From the human T2T-CHM13v2.0 reference genome, Homo sapiens, in assembly GCF_009914755.1 (NCBI RefSeq), contig NC_060930.1: a stretch of 64,000 bases of DNA. One strand, given 5' to 3'. The translations under genes were made by a program, and so were the position numbers. The notes beneath the pieces are model-generated. The model was not told the origin of the DNA. It saw only the letters and a program-made list of their open reading frames with translations, and did not search any database. Below are positions 1 through 13,750 of the stretch, piece by piece. Position 1 is the stretch's first letter, and each line of letters starts with the position of its first letter.

Positions 1-46
1 TGGACATTTTGAACTAGTAAAGTCTAAATTGATGAGCTTTTACCAT

Positions 47-538
47 TAATGGGGGTCAGGATATGCTACTCCATAATATTTTAAGCTAAAGGAATTTGAG
101 AAAACAGCAGAAGTAGGAAAGTCACTCTCTGCCCTCCTGCCCTTCCCTGAAGGAGGTCATAAGACCCACATTTGAGATATGCGCTCTCTATGCCTGGAGG
201 AATGGAACATCCTCCTTTCTGAGGACACCGGGTCACAGAGGAGAAGCTGAGTCAGTAGGCCTTGCTAAGTTTCCCCCAGTTTATTGCCATTAGATCATAC
301 TTTTTAATTCAATTGTACTTCTCCACAACTATCCACTTCTTCATCAAACATAGCATAAAAATACACAGGTTTACATGTTTATTTGGGTCATTATTTTCTT
401 ATAAAAGGTCCCATGTCTCATAAAACTTCTATTAAATAAATTGGTATGCTTGTCTCTTGTTAATCTGTCTTTTTTATGGAGTTGTCTATAACAATGAATA
501 TAGGATGGGTGAGAAAAAGATATTTCTTTTTTCCTACA
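47..538 (+). mobile_element. Solo ERV1-class LTR (MER34/MER89-like; exact family uncertain)
   Basis: Starts ..tgggggtcaggatatgctact, has AATAAA near 436, ends ..ttcctaca; ccat(taa) on both flanks. Confidence 0.6.
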
Positions 539-1646
539 CCATTAAAATTATGCTGTTACTAACAGTTATTTTTGGTACCTGCTGGTGGGCTAAAGAGACC
601 AAGCCCTTCTTTGCATCACATGTACATGTGGGCTTATGGTGGTAGCCACTTGAGGGAGCAGGTAAGGTGTATGGCATCAGAGGCTGTGTCTCAGCTTCCT
701 AGCTTGACCTTGAGTGATCCTGTGTGTTTTTTTTTTTTCCAGAATAAAACAGCACCTTCTTTCCTAGAATTACCCAGTAGCTGATAGAATTAAGAAGATA
801 TTGAAAATTTTGCATTTATATGGCATGTTCCCACATTTTATAATGAATGATGAAATTGCATTGAAAAGCTTTTTGCATAGAAATGGATATGTGATTTCAT
901 TCATTTTTTCAGCCATATATAATTTTAAGCTTGCGAGACTGAGAGATTGCTAAAAATTTAGCCCACTAGAATTATAATAGTTCTTGCAAAACTTTTTTTT
1001 TTAAATAGAAAAGTGCCCTTGGTTAGCATGATAAAAGATTCTAAGTACATTTATCTCATACAAGAAAAAATGAAAGGTTTTTAGAATGTTCATTTGAACA
1101 TTATGCTTTCTTTCATTTTGACTGTCATTTCCCCCAAAAGATGGAGAGACTACATTCCGTGTTTTCTGCTCCTTGTGAAGAATCTGTTCAGTTTCTGGTA
1201 TCTTTAGGCCCTTCTAGGGTGCTCTATTACTACATGAAGTCTTGGATTTCTGACCACCACAGGCTGGTGGGTGTCCCAGCAGCCTGCTAACCGTTCCCCT
1301 AATGGCTTGGGCTACGCTTTCTTCAGAAACGTAAAAATAACTTAGCCACACTTCACTTAGAAGACCAGCTTGTCTTCTTAACTAGGATGGCTGCATTCAC
1401 AGACCTGCACCATTGAGGCCATTAGAGCCTTAGTTTTATACCCTGCCTCTGTTTGCATATGCCTCCAAGCACACTTCATCCTTCCTCTCCTTTCTCATCT
1501 CTCTCTTAATCCTTTTTATTCTCACCTCTTTTATTTACTTGATTTTCAATCAAACACTTTCTAAATGGACTGACTTTGTACCAGGCATTATTCTAATTAT
1601 CTTATTAAATATCAATTTCATCCTGACAAACCTATGAGGTATGGGC

Positions 1647-2100
1647 TGTCTTCGTTCATTTTGTGTTGCTATAACAGAATACTTGAGGCTGGGTAATTTA
1701 TGAAGGAAAGACGTTTATTGAGCTCACAATTTTGCAGGCTGGGAAGTTCAAGAGCATAGCACTGCACTGGCTGGCTCCCGGTGAGAACCACATGCTGGGT
1801 CAAAACATGGCAGAGAAGTGGAAAAGTGAGTGGGTGCATGCAAAGAGATCACTTGCCGATAGAGGAAGCAAGTGAGAATCTAGGAAGCCTAATTCACTTT
1901 TATGAGAGCGTACTCTTTAGTAACTAATCCAGTCCCATGAAAGTGAGAACATACTCCTGATGTAAGGCATTCATCTATTTATGAGGGATCCACCCCTGTG
2001 ACCCAAACACCTCCCACAAGGCTCCATCTCCAGCACAACCATGTTAGGAATCAAATTTCAACATGAGTTTTGGTGGGGAAAAACCACATCCAAACAGTAG
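1647..2100 (-). mobile_element. MaLR solo LTR (MST/MLT1A-type) inserted into a MIR
   Basis: MaLR motifs gttgctataacagaatacttgaggctgggtaattta and aatttcaacatgagttttgg. MIR pieces on both sides (~1575-1645 and ~2105-2240, gaaactgaggcac). Confidence 0.8.
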
Positions 2101-2634
2101 GAAGACCATTGTCATCACTCCCATTTGGCAGGGAAACTGAGGCACAAAGAAGTTAAGTAATTTGTTAGTGAGTAGTGGAACCAGGACTCAAATCCAACCA
2201 GTCTGATTCCAAATTCTGTGCTCTTAATTACTATGCTATTCTGTTACATTGTAAATTAGCAACCGGACTCCCTAAACATTTTCCAGGAACACCTCTTCTT
2301 GCCTTAGCTGAAACTCGGCTCTTACCTGATTGAAATCACAGCTTCCTCTAGGTGAAGGCTGCTCATTTCACCCAATCCCAAATTCCACAGGACCCAGAGG
2401 TATCATCCACATTCTCTTAGTTTTCTGTTGCTTTGTCCCTGTTATATCCTCACGCAAAGGTCTTTCCTTATTGGTGGTTCATGTTACCTGGTTTTGTTAA
2501 CTTCTGCCTCTCTTTTTGCTGTCATCTGAATATTTCCTCTCCTATTTTGAGGATTTTGTTTCATAGCTCACATTGCAATGCTTGCGTCCTTCAGTAGCAC
2601 GAGCACAATCTGTCCAGCCATCCTGGCACAAAGT

Positions 2635-2856
2635 GAGCTTTGGAGTCAGTCAGAACCATTTGCATTCCTGTGCAGCCTGTTACCAGCTGAGTGGTTTTAA
2701 GCAATTTACTTCACCTCCCAATCCTTCAGTTTCTTTATTTGTGCAATGGGCATAATAGTAACCGTTCTGAAAATAAAGTGAGATAATCTATACGAAGTGC
2801 TTAGCACAGTATTGGGCACGCAGACAATGTTAAATAGATGGTAACTATTATTATTA
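2635..2856 (+). mobile_element. MIR SINE
   Basis: tttggagtcag ... cttcagtttctttatttgtgcaatggg ... gtgcttagcacagt core motifs. Confidence 0.75.
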
Positions 2857-3570
2857 ATGATAAATACTCCATTCCCACTACTGCCATCACAGCTGTTGCT
2901 TTTCTTAAAATCCCTTGACTTCTTTGACGTTAGCATCCTACACCCATACACCACTCTGCCATTCATAAGCATATTTCTGAGACCTTAAACTTAGTTATAG
3001 CTATCACGACAACTTCCCATTCTAGTTGCCATTTACTTCGTTTCCACTACTGCTAATGCTCCGGAACCTCACCCAGGCTTGGCCTCTTTCAAGGCAGCAT
3101 GGATGTATTCATTCTTAAAGTAGACAAGGCCTCAAGGTATGCCATTCTCTTGGTGGCTCTTTCAGTTGTCCTATCTCCTTCTGTTTGACCTGTCTGGGAA
3201 ACACCGATGGCAGATCCAATCCAGTCATTTGCTTTTTTGCGCCAACACCTGGGCAAAATAAAATCCACCCTCCTTGCTGTAGCCCACAATATCCTCCATG
3301 TTCTGGTCCACTGCCTATATCTCCTGCCTTATCGTGGTCCTCTCTCCCTGCCCACTGTGCCCCACTTGAACTTGCTTCTTACAGGTACTGGACTCAACAG
3401 AGTCTTTTCTGCCATAGATCTTCTGAAAATGCCTGAGTGTTCCTTCTGCTTAGACCTTTTCATTCTTAGGATCTCAAATGTCACCACTTCAGAGAGTCCC
3501 TGCCCACTGTGAGTAGAGTATTTTTATAAGTAAGCTCTCTATCACTGTACCCAGTGGGATGCCCTCATAG

Positions 3571-3948
<378 letters not shown>

Positions 3949-4043
3949 TAGATTAGGCTCCACGAGGGCCAGGACCATGACTGTTTTGGTCACTAGTGTA
4001 TACCCAGTACTGTCTATAATGTGTGACACATAAAACGCGTTAA

Positions 4044-4369
<326 letters not shown>

Positions 4370-5401
4370 TCATCAAAAGAATGAGAAAATGAAGAAATCA
4401 CACAGTCATGTAGGTTGGCTCTCCTGCAAATGTATGTTTTCCACACTCAGAGCCTTGGCTCGGCAGGTCCACTGCTTCTGCTCAGTTTTCCTCATGTCTG
4501 CTGTTGCTGCCCCAGCCCCCTGTTTGGAGCAACTATAACCTTCTACCCCTCTCTCAGCAGATGGCACTGAGGCTGGGATCTGCTCACTTCAAGTCCCTGT
4601 GCTTGGTGAACCTATCTGCTACTGCATTTGGCTTTTAAATTCTCATACAGTTTTGGGAAAAGAGGTGTCCTTTATCTAGTTAAGACTAACCCCTTCAGCT
4701 GTGTTCTTGGTCTGCTGGACTCAACCAGGATCTTGCTGTACCAGTTACTTCTTCCCTCTCTGTGCTTCTGTGTTTTCAACCCTTTGTCTTTATTACCTCC
4801 TTTCCCCCAACTTTACTTGCTCAATAACACCTTTCCTATCCCTAAACAAACAAAAAACAAAGTTAAAAAATCCTAAGAATTAGCTACAGAAAAATCTCTT
4901 GATCTTGAATCTCCTGCTAGCTTCTTCATTGTACCTTTCCTACTCAGAATCTTTAAAAGAGTTGCCTGTATTCTCTGTACCTTTCCTACCTAGAATCTTT
5001 AAAATTTAAAAATCTTCATTGTACCTTTCCTATCCAGAATCTTTAAAAGAGTTGCCTGCATTATCTGTCTTTAGTTCATTACTGTCCTTTTCTCAAACCT
5101 CCTGCGGTCAGTAGGCTATGGCCTACTTCACTGCATGCCACATCGTGGGCCCCTGATAGCTTTGTAATTGCTGAATCTAACGAATGCTCTAGATTTATTC
5201 ATACAACTGAGGACTCCCTTCTTTAAATTCTCCTTTTGGTTTCTGAGACACCACTTTCTTTTTTTGTTTGTTTTGTTTTTTTTTTTTTTAATACTTCTCT
5301 CAATGTATCTTCTCAGCTTTCTTCATTAGCTTATCTCTTTTTTCTTTAAGCATTTATATTTTTAGATTTCTGGACCTGACTCTCTGTTTAACTATGTTTC
5401 T

Positions 5402-5677
5402 CTTTTTTTTGAAATGGAGTCTCACTCTGTTGCCTAGGCTGGAGTGCAGTGGCACTGTCTCAGCCTCCTGGGTTCAAGCAATTCTCCTGCCTCAGCCTCC
5501 TGAGTAGCTGGGATTACAGGCGCCTGCCACCATGCCTGGCTAATTTTTGTATTTTTAGTAGAGACAGGGTTTCACCATGTTGGCCAGGCTGGTATCAAAC
5601 TCCTGACCTCAGGTGATCTGCCTGCCTCGGCCTCCCAAAATGCTGGGATTACAGGTGTGAGCCACCGCGCCTGGCCC
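5402..5677 (-). mobile_element. Alu (AluS-like, small internal deletion)
   Basis: Antisense Alu; atgtttc flanks both ends. Confidence 0.92.
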
Positions 5678-6292
5678 CATGTTTCACTTTTTGTATTTAC
5701 CATCATGGTCAATCTCCCTACTCTTCCACCAGGAACATCAAGAAATGTAGGTGTCATCCTAAACCCCAGCATCAGTCATTTTAGATATTCATAGTCATCA
5801 AATGCTGTAAATTTTCTGTCTTAAATATCACTCCCATTCGTTCCCTACTTTCTGTTCCTATTGCTGTGCCTCAGTCCAAGCTCTGTTCATCTTTCACCCA
5901 TTCTACTGCAATAGTCTCCTGGTCTACAGTCTGCCGCTTTGCTTCCAGACTCTTTTTCTAAAGCACAAAACTAAGCATTTTTATGCTCCCTGCTTAAAAG
6001 AATTTATTGACTTACTGTTGGATCTAGGATAAAATCTATTCTTCTTGCTGTGTCATTTAAGATTCTCAGCTTCTTGATTCTTGCCTGTGTATTTAGCCTT
6101 ATTTCTTGTGTTGTCCATGCTGCACCCATTGTTTAAGATATGCTGAACTACTTAGAGGTCCCCTGAGGCACTGGGCCATGTCATGTCTTCATGCCTTAGT
6201 TGACGCTGCTGCCATCCCATGGAAACTTTTACATTCTTCACATGATCAGACAACAGCCACTGATCTTTTTTATTTAAAAAAAAAATTAGTTT

Positions 6293-6577
6293 TGGCTGGA
6301 CATGCTGTAATCCTAGTACTTTGGAAGGCTGAGGCGGGTAGATCACTTGAGGTTAGGAGTTTGAAACCAGCCTGGCCAACATAGTGAAACTCCATCTCTA
6401 CTAAAAATACAAAAACATTAGCCAGGCATGGTGGTGGGTACCTGTGATCTCACCTGCTCAGGAGGCTGAGGCAGGGGAATCGCATGAACCCAAGAGGCAG
6501 CGGTTGTAGTGAGCTGAGATGGCACCAATGTACTCCAGCCTGGGTGACAGAGCAAGAGTCCGTCTGAAAAAAAAAAT
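6293..6577 (+). mobile_element. Alu (AluS-like)
   Basis: Sense Alu with A tail. Confidence 0.92.
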
Positions 6578-7257
6578 AATTTTTAACTATAGTAAAATAC
6601 ATATAATATGAAATTTACCATCTTAACTTTTTTTAAACACATAGTTCAGTAGTGTTAAGTATATTCACATTATTGTGCAACCAATCTACGGAATCTTTTT
6701 ATTCTTGCAAAATGGAAACTCCATACCCATGAAAAACAAATCCTCACTCCCTCCTTCCCCTGGCTTCTGGCGACCACCATTCTACTTTCTGTCTCTATGA
6801 ATTTGACTGTGTAGCTGCCTCATAGAAGTGAAATCATGTAGTATTTATCTTTTTGTGACTGGCTGATTTCACTTAACATAACGTCCTTAAGGTTCATCCA
6901 TGCTGTATCATGTCAGAACTTTATTCCTTTTTAATGCTTTATAATATTCCGTGGTATATGTACATACCACATTTTGCTTATCTTGTTATCTGTTGATGGG
7001 TTTGTTGATGGACTCTTGGCTATTGTGAATAATGCAGCTATGAACATGGATGTATAAATATCTCTTCAAGACCTTGAGTTCAGATCTTTTGGATATGTAA
7101 CCAGAAGTGGAATTGCTAAATCATATGGTAGTTTAATTTTTAATTTTTTGAGGAACTGTCTTAATGTTTTCTATAGCAGCTGGACTATTTTACATTCCCA
7201 CCAGCAGTGTACTAGGGCTCCAACACTTGTTATTTTCTATTTTTTTGATAATGGCCC

Positions 7258-9950
7258 TTTTTTTTTAACCCAAATTTTGTATTGATCAAAACAGCTTCAT
7301 CGTTCTTTATAACAAAGAATTGTTGTAAACTTGAATTTATGTAACTAATTAAAACTAGCAAAATAACCAATTTTATATTCGCTTTACATATTGGAGTTCA
7401 ACAAAAAAAATTTAATTTTGGGGGAAAAAAAGCTGTATTTCAAAATGTTTAAAAAAACCACCGTCATGGAAATCTTAGGATGAAAAGGCCTTCTTAATGG
7501 AGAGAGGCAGGAGATAAACCATCCAGCAGAGGGCTCTGTGTAAAAACGTTTATGTTTACTGATGTTTAGAATACAGGAACTAACGAAAGGAAAAAAAAGA
7601 CAACTTCAAAGTGACAGTGAGTTAGGGCCTGCCTGCGGCCAAGGGGGAAGGCTACTCCAGGGTATGCTGGCATGCACTGGCCCCCCACTACTTAATGTCA
7701 GTGCCACTAAGCAGAAAACTTGAGGAATCAGAGTGTGAAGACCTTACCAGCTGCTAGCGAGCATGCAGGGGAAGAAAGGGATGTCTGTGTGGCTTCCCCA
7801 TGAGCTGAGAGCCAGGATACACAGGGCAGGTGGCAAGGCTCCCAATTCAGTTCAGGGCAGGAGGCTGAATGCCCAGGTCCAGGAAGAACAAAAAGGGGAT
7901 TTTGGAGGTAGGCTTTTTTGTTGTGTTAAAAAAACAGGCACATTACCCATCTCCCTGTGGCCCTTGAGCTGCTGGCCTGGCCCCCTGATCCTTCCCCTCT
8001 CCCCACAAAACCAAAATGAATAAGAAGAGAGGTAGAAGATGAGACATTCCAAGGGTGGGGAATGCTTTAGTCACTGGAGCCCGCCCATGAGAGTGAGCCT
8101 GGAGAGCACTGGGAAGCACAAGGTGAAGCTGCTGCTCCCCCTGGGGTGGGGTGGACTGGGACAGGGCAGAGCCAGGAGGGTGACCGAGAACATCCTGACT
8201 CCAGCAAAGAATCCTACGTAGCAGGAACAGAGGGCTGCAGAGAGCCACTCTGGAGGAAGGAGGTGAGGCTAAGTGACACAGGGGCATGGAAAGCTCCTTG
8301 TGGCTGTGGCCTCAGCTGCTCGCTACCAGCTGCCTTGGGCAGAGGCTCTGGCCTGGCTCGCCTCTGGGGGATGGGAAAACTCTGGAGACCAGAGTGGAGG
8401 CAGAACAGAGAGAGAAGTGAGCTGCTCTCCCACTCTTTCTAGGAGGACACTGTTTGAACCCTGTGATGACCAGGGCCTGGGCCCAAGGCAAGCAGAATGA
8501 ATGCATTTCATGGAGAGCAGAGAGAAACTGGGCCCACAGGTATGCCTTGGGGCAGTGTGTTGCTCCTTTCTCCTTGAGGGCCTAGGGCCAGAGGTGGCCA
8601 GAGCTGCCACATCAGCTTGTGGCTGCCAAAGGCAGGCTAGAACAACCACCCCAAGGTTCTCTGGACTTGTGAAGGAGAGGAGGAGGAAGGGAAAGGTGGG
8701 TATGAAAAATGAAGTGGAGGAGAGAAACAGCCTTAGATATGTCGGGGAGCAGGGGGGTGGCTATATCAAGAGGAGTTCTTGTTCTGGTAGATGGAAGCTT
8801 TCTCCTTCAACAGGTCCAGACACAGGTGGCACCTCCAACTTCCTTCAGGGGGCTCAGATATGGACGGAGTGAGACAGTACATTTCGTAGCCATGATCGCA
8901 GCATCACAAAAGCCCAGCTGGTCATCATCTTCAGAGGTGCCGCAGATATCGCAACATTTGTGCTCGATGCATTGCCAGCAGTATGTCTTCACTGCCCCAT
9001 CATCATGGGGGTGAAATGGAGGCAAGATGGATGCCCTGAGCAGCCACAGTCGAAACAGGACACCACCTCCTCAGGTTGTCCCATCTTCTTGTTAATCTTT
9101 GAGTTCCCCAGGCAGAAGTTACAGTAGTTGTTGGGCAAGGCAAATCCATCAGGACCCTTTTTGGATTTCTGTTCCTCAGACCTCTGGGAAACAGGAGTGG
9201 GTGGTTGGGAGTCTTCTTTGTCCTCGCCCTCCTCAGCCAAGTGAGAGTGGGCATAGTGGTAACTGAGGCCTGGTCGGTTCTTGTAACGTTTTCCACAAAT
9301 GTCACAGGCATAGGGCTTATCCTGGTCCTCCAGGTTGGAAGCATCCAGCTCCTTATGGGCACTGCCACACCTTTACCCTTGGATTACCCCTTTCCCCGAT
9401 GCTTGGGAGCATCTTCACAGTACTCATCATCGAGGTCATCCAGGAAGTCATCTGGTTCTAGGATCCGCTTTCGTGCTTGACTGTTTGTCACAGGAAACTT
9501 GCCCAGGCTGTCATCATCAACTCGGGGATCTGGGGTACCTCGCTTCCCCAGGGGGTCAGTGTGCAACAGAACCTCTAAACTGCTGCTGTCCTGAGAGATC
9601 AGCCCCTCCTTCTTCAGGGTGGGGTCTGTGTCTGGCTTAATAGGTGGGAAGAAAAATTGTGGATCTTCACAGGGGTGGGCTCACCGCTTTTTCCGCCAGT
9701 GCTGGGCAGGGTACGAGTAGTTGTCCAGAGGCCAATCCTAGAACCTGGTTACTTCTTCATCCAGCTGTAATAATTGTTCTGGGCTACTCCAGTCTGTGAG
9801 GCCAAGAAAGGCAGGCACATGCTGTGCTCAGCACAGAGGTGGGCATTGTAATTGTGGCCCTGCTCCATGGCATCTTTGTAGTACTGCTCCCAAGGAACTT
9901 CATTGCATTCACCACCACAGGTGCCATTTTCCTTGCTTCTCTCCCTCCAG
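7258..9950 (-). pseudogene. DPF2 (REQ/BAF45D) processed pseudogene: short 5'UTR, disrupted CDS (~9927 to 8766), ~1.5 kb 3'UTR, poly(A) remnant
   Basis: Minus-strand fragments [98 protein letters not shown] and [21 protein letters not shown] match DPF2 with no introns. Frameshifts and stops present. T9 at 7258-7266. TAATGGCC direct repeat at 7249-7256 and 9951-9958. Confidence 0.95.
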
Positions 9951-10516
9951 TAATGGCCATTCTAATGGGTATGAGGTGGTATTTCATTTGTGGTTTTGAT
10001 TTGCAATTCCTTGATGATTAGTGATGTTGAACATCTTTTCCTGTGCTTTTTGCCGTTTGTGTTTCTTCTACGGAGAAATCCTATTCAAGCCTTTTGCCCA
10101 TTTTTAAACCAAGTTGTCTTTTGTTGTTGATTTGAAGGAGTTCTTTAAATTCTGAATGTTAATCTCTTATCAGATATACGATTTGCAAATATTTCTCCCA
10201 CTCCATAGGTGGCCTTTTCATTCTATTATATCCTATGATGCACAAAAGTTTTAAATTTTTATGTAGTCCAATTTATCTGTTTTTACTTTTGTTGCCTGTG
10301 CTTTGGTGTCACACTCAAGAAATCATTGCCAAATCTAATGTCTTGAACCTTTCCCTCTATGTTTTTTCTTAAGAGTCTTATAATTTTAACTCTTATGTTT
10401 AGATCTTTGATCCATTTCGAGTTAATTTTTGTATATGGTGTAAGGTGTAAGGGACTAACTTCATTCTTTTGCATGTGGATATCCAGTTTTCCTAGCACCA
10501 TTTGTTGAAAGACTGC

Positions 10517-10909
10517 TGATGTAGTTTGTATGTTATCCCTTCTCAAATTGTATGTTGAAATGTAATCCCCAGTGTTGGAGGTGGGGCCTTGTGGGAGGTG
10601 ATTGGATCATCATCCTCTTGGTACCATCCTCATGCTAGTGAGTGAGTTCTTGTGAGATCTGGTCATTTAAAAGTGTGTGGGACCTTCCCCTCTCTCTCTT
10701 ATTCCTGCTCCCACCCTGTGAGATGCCCGCTCCCCTGTGCCTTCTGCCATGGATTGTAAGCTTCCTGAGGCCTCCCCAGAAGGAGATGCTGGCATTATGC
10801 TTCCTGTACAGCCTGCAGAACTGTGAGCCAATTAAAGTCTCTTTTCTTATAAGTTATCCAGTCTCAGGTATTTTTTTTTTAAATAGCAATGCAGAAATGG
10901 CGTAATACA
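10517..10909 (+). mobile_element. MST-type MaLR solo LTR
   Basis: TG..CA ends (tgatgtagtttg ... taataca); near-perfect 5-bp TSD actgc/actgt; motifs gattgtaagcttcctgaggcctcccc and agcctgcagaactgtgagccaattaaa. Confidence 0.9.
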
Positions 10910-10960
10910 ACTGTCTTTTCTCATTGAATGATCTTGGCACAGTTGTTGAAACCATTTGAC

Positions 10961-11364
10961 CTTCCTGCTGTTATAACAAAATTCCTGGACTGGGTAATTT
11001 ATAAACAACAGAAATTTATTCATCACAGTTTTGGAAATGGGAAGTTCAAGATCAGGTCACCAGAAGATTTAGTGTTTGGAGAGGGCTCTCTGCTTCACAG
11101 ATGACACCTTGCTACTGCATCCTCACCTAGTGGAAGGGGAGAACACTGTATCCTCACATGGTGGAGGGGCAAAAGGGACAAAGACAAAAGACAAAAGTGA
11201 TTTAGGACCCCAAAATCTCTTTTAAGGACAGTAATCCCATTAATGAAGGCAGACCTCTTGTGACCTAATCAGCTCCCAAAGGCCCCACCTCTTAATACCT
11301 TTACCTTGGGGATTAGGTCTCAACGTAAGAATTTTGGAGGGACACAAACATTCAGACCATAGCA
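10961..11364 (-). mobile_element. MLT1A-like MaLR LTR
   Basis: Ends gacacaaacattcagaccatagca, the reverse complement of the MLT1A 5' end. Confidence 0.85.
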
Positions 11365-12967
11365 ACCATATATGTGAGGGTTTATTTTTGAGCTTTCTAT
11401 TCTATTTCATTAGCCTATATATTTGTCTTTATGCATATATTACACCGTCTTGATTACTGTAGATTTGTAGTAACTTTTGAAATCAGAAGTGTAAAATCTC
11501 TAACTTTGATCTTCTTTATCAAGATTGTTTTGCTATTCAGAGATCCTTGAGGTTCAATATGAATTTTAGGATGGATTTTTTTTAAATTTCTGCAGAAAAT
11601 ACCATTGGGATTTTGATAGGGTTACATTAAATCATTAGATTGCTTTGAGCAGTATTGGCATTTTAACAATATGTTGTCCTTCGGTTCATTAAAACAGGCA
11701 GGATGTCTTTTCATTTATTTGTATTTTCTTTAATTTCTTTTAGCAATGTTTCATAGTTTTCAGAATATGCATCTTTCACCTCCTTGGTTAAGTTTATTCC
11801 TAAGTATTTTAAAATTTTTGTATTCCTAATTATTTTATAATTTTATTTATAATGTTGATGCAATTGTTTTCTTAATTTCCTTTCACATTGTATCACTGAC
11901 CTTTCATAGAGACTTATTTCAAGTGTCACTTTAAAAATAAAGGCCTTTTTTCTCCAAAGTAGAAATGATCATTTTATCCTCTTATCCCCTATATCTCTAC
12001 TGTAGAAACTATAACAAGTTAGTGTAATTGTTTAGAAATCTAACTTTCCCAACCAGAATTGAAAGGTCTTTGAGGGAATCTTCCGTCTTTGTGTCCTCAA
12101 TTCCTGCCACATAGTAGAGATTCAATAAATATATTTTAATACATAAAGCAATGAAAAAAAAGTGTGATGTACACATAAAAGTTTACTTGAAAGAACATTT
12201 AACTTTAGGTAGTCTCTCTTCCCTCATTTACATTTGTGTCTAAATCTTTGCATGAAAATTAAACCCAGTCCTGGTGTTCTAGAATCCCCTAAGGGTGATG
12301 TACCAGAACTCTCTCTGGCAGTTCACTTGGATTTGCTGGTTGTTAGGATAAGAAGGGACCTGAGAGACAATTTATTATGGTCTCATCACTTTTACTATCA
12401 GTGTTAAGTGATGTGTCTAGGAGCACAAACTAAATAATGGGAGAACTGGGTTGGAGTTAGAAGGCTCAGTCTGGTTCTCTTTATCAACTGTGGTAGAATG
12501 AGTAGAATTCCTCTGGCATCAAGATGTATTTTAAAGATGTGCTTTTAAGAATGACACTTAAAAATTCTACTTGTCAGTTTTACACAGTAATCAACTGGAA
12601 ATATCTATTTAAGATGAGGACTATAAAATTTTTAAATTGAAGTTGGTTTCAGCATTATGTCAGCCTTTATATTGAAACATAGTTCAAGTGACTTGCTAAG
12701 ACTGTCTAAAATGGAACTGTTTAAGCAGTATGTGGATACAGGAATGCTTTAAATGTTAATAGTAATATTATAGGAACAACAAAAACAGCTTTATGGCTTT
12801 TATTTCTTTAAAGTTTCAGGTGACGAAAAGTGATTTTAAAATTTTATTGAGATTTTTCGTATTATATGTGACACAATTTTAGCATAACTTACAATAGTAG
12901 TAGAAAGTATCTTGCAATTGGAAGACATGGAAAATACTCATGCTTGCTATTGTTTAATTACACATTA

Positions 12968-13293
12968 GTTTTGTTGTTGTTGTTGTTTTGTTTTTTAAGA
13001 CCGTGTATCACTCTGTCACCCAGGCTAGAGTACAGTGGTGTCATCACAGCTCACTGCAGCCTTGACCTCCCTGGGCTTAGGTGAGCTTCCCATTTCATCC
13101 TCCTGAGTAGCTGGGACTACAGGCATAGGCCATCACACCTGGCTGATTTTTGTACTTCTTTTTTTTTTTTTTTTGTAGAGACAGGGTTTCACCATGTTGC
13201 CCAGGCTGGTCTCAAATTCCTGGGCTCAGGCAATTCTCCCTCCTTGGCCTCCCAGAGTACTGGGATTATAGGCATGAGCCACCTCGCCTAGCC
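12968..13293 (-). mobile_element. Alu (AluJ-like)
   Basis: Antisense dimeric Alu. Confidence 0.92.
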
Positions 13294-13351
13294 CCAAATC
13301 AAAAATTGAACTTGCCATTTTTGTGACATCCACATACTGAAATAATATATA

Positions 13352-13750
13352 GAGATACTTGACTTATGGTGCAGTTACATCTTAATAAACCTATTGTAAC
13401 TTGAAAATGAATTGAATACATTTAACCTACCTGAAAATATAGCTTAGTCTAGCCTACCTTGAATGTGCCCACAACACTTAACATTAACCTATAGCTGGGC
13501 AAAAAAATCATCTGGCAACACAACACACTATAGAGTGTTTGTTGTTACCCTTGTGATCCTGTGACTGGCTGGGAGCAGCTCGCTGCTGCTTTCTGGCATT
13601 GAGAGAGAATATCATACTGCATATTGCTATCTGGGAAAAGACCAAAATTCAAAATTTACAAGTACAGTTTCTACTGAACACATGTTGCTTTTGCACAATT
13701 GTAAAATCAAACAATCATAAATTGAACCTTTGTAGTTTGAGGATTATCTG
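13352..13750 (+). mobile_element. MER47B-like TcMar-Tigger non-autonomous DNA transposon
   Basis: TA flanks; agcttagtctagcctacctt ... gggcaaaa..atcatctggcaacac ... gtacagtttctactgaa. Homologous to the copy at 36269. Confidence 0.8.

Larger units (their letters stand above)
6580..11895 (-). mobile_element. Old L1M (L1MB-like) 3' fragment split by the DPF2 retrocopy and two MaLR LTRs
   Basis: L1 3'UTR/ORF2 sequence is collinear across 6580-7256, 9951-10516, 10910-10960 and 11365-11895; remnant peptide [16 protein letters not shown]. Confidence 0.85.

Noticed and set aside
8039-9640. Dense cluster of plus-strand ORFs
   Set aside because: Antisense shadows of the GC-rich DPF2 pseudogene CDS and 3'UTR.
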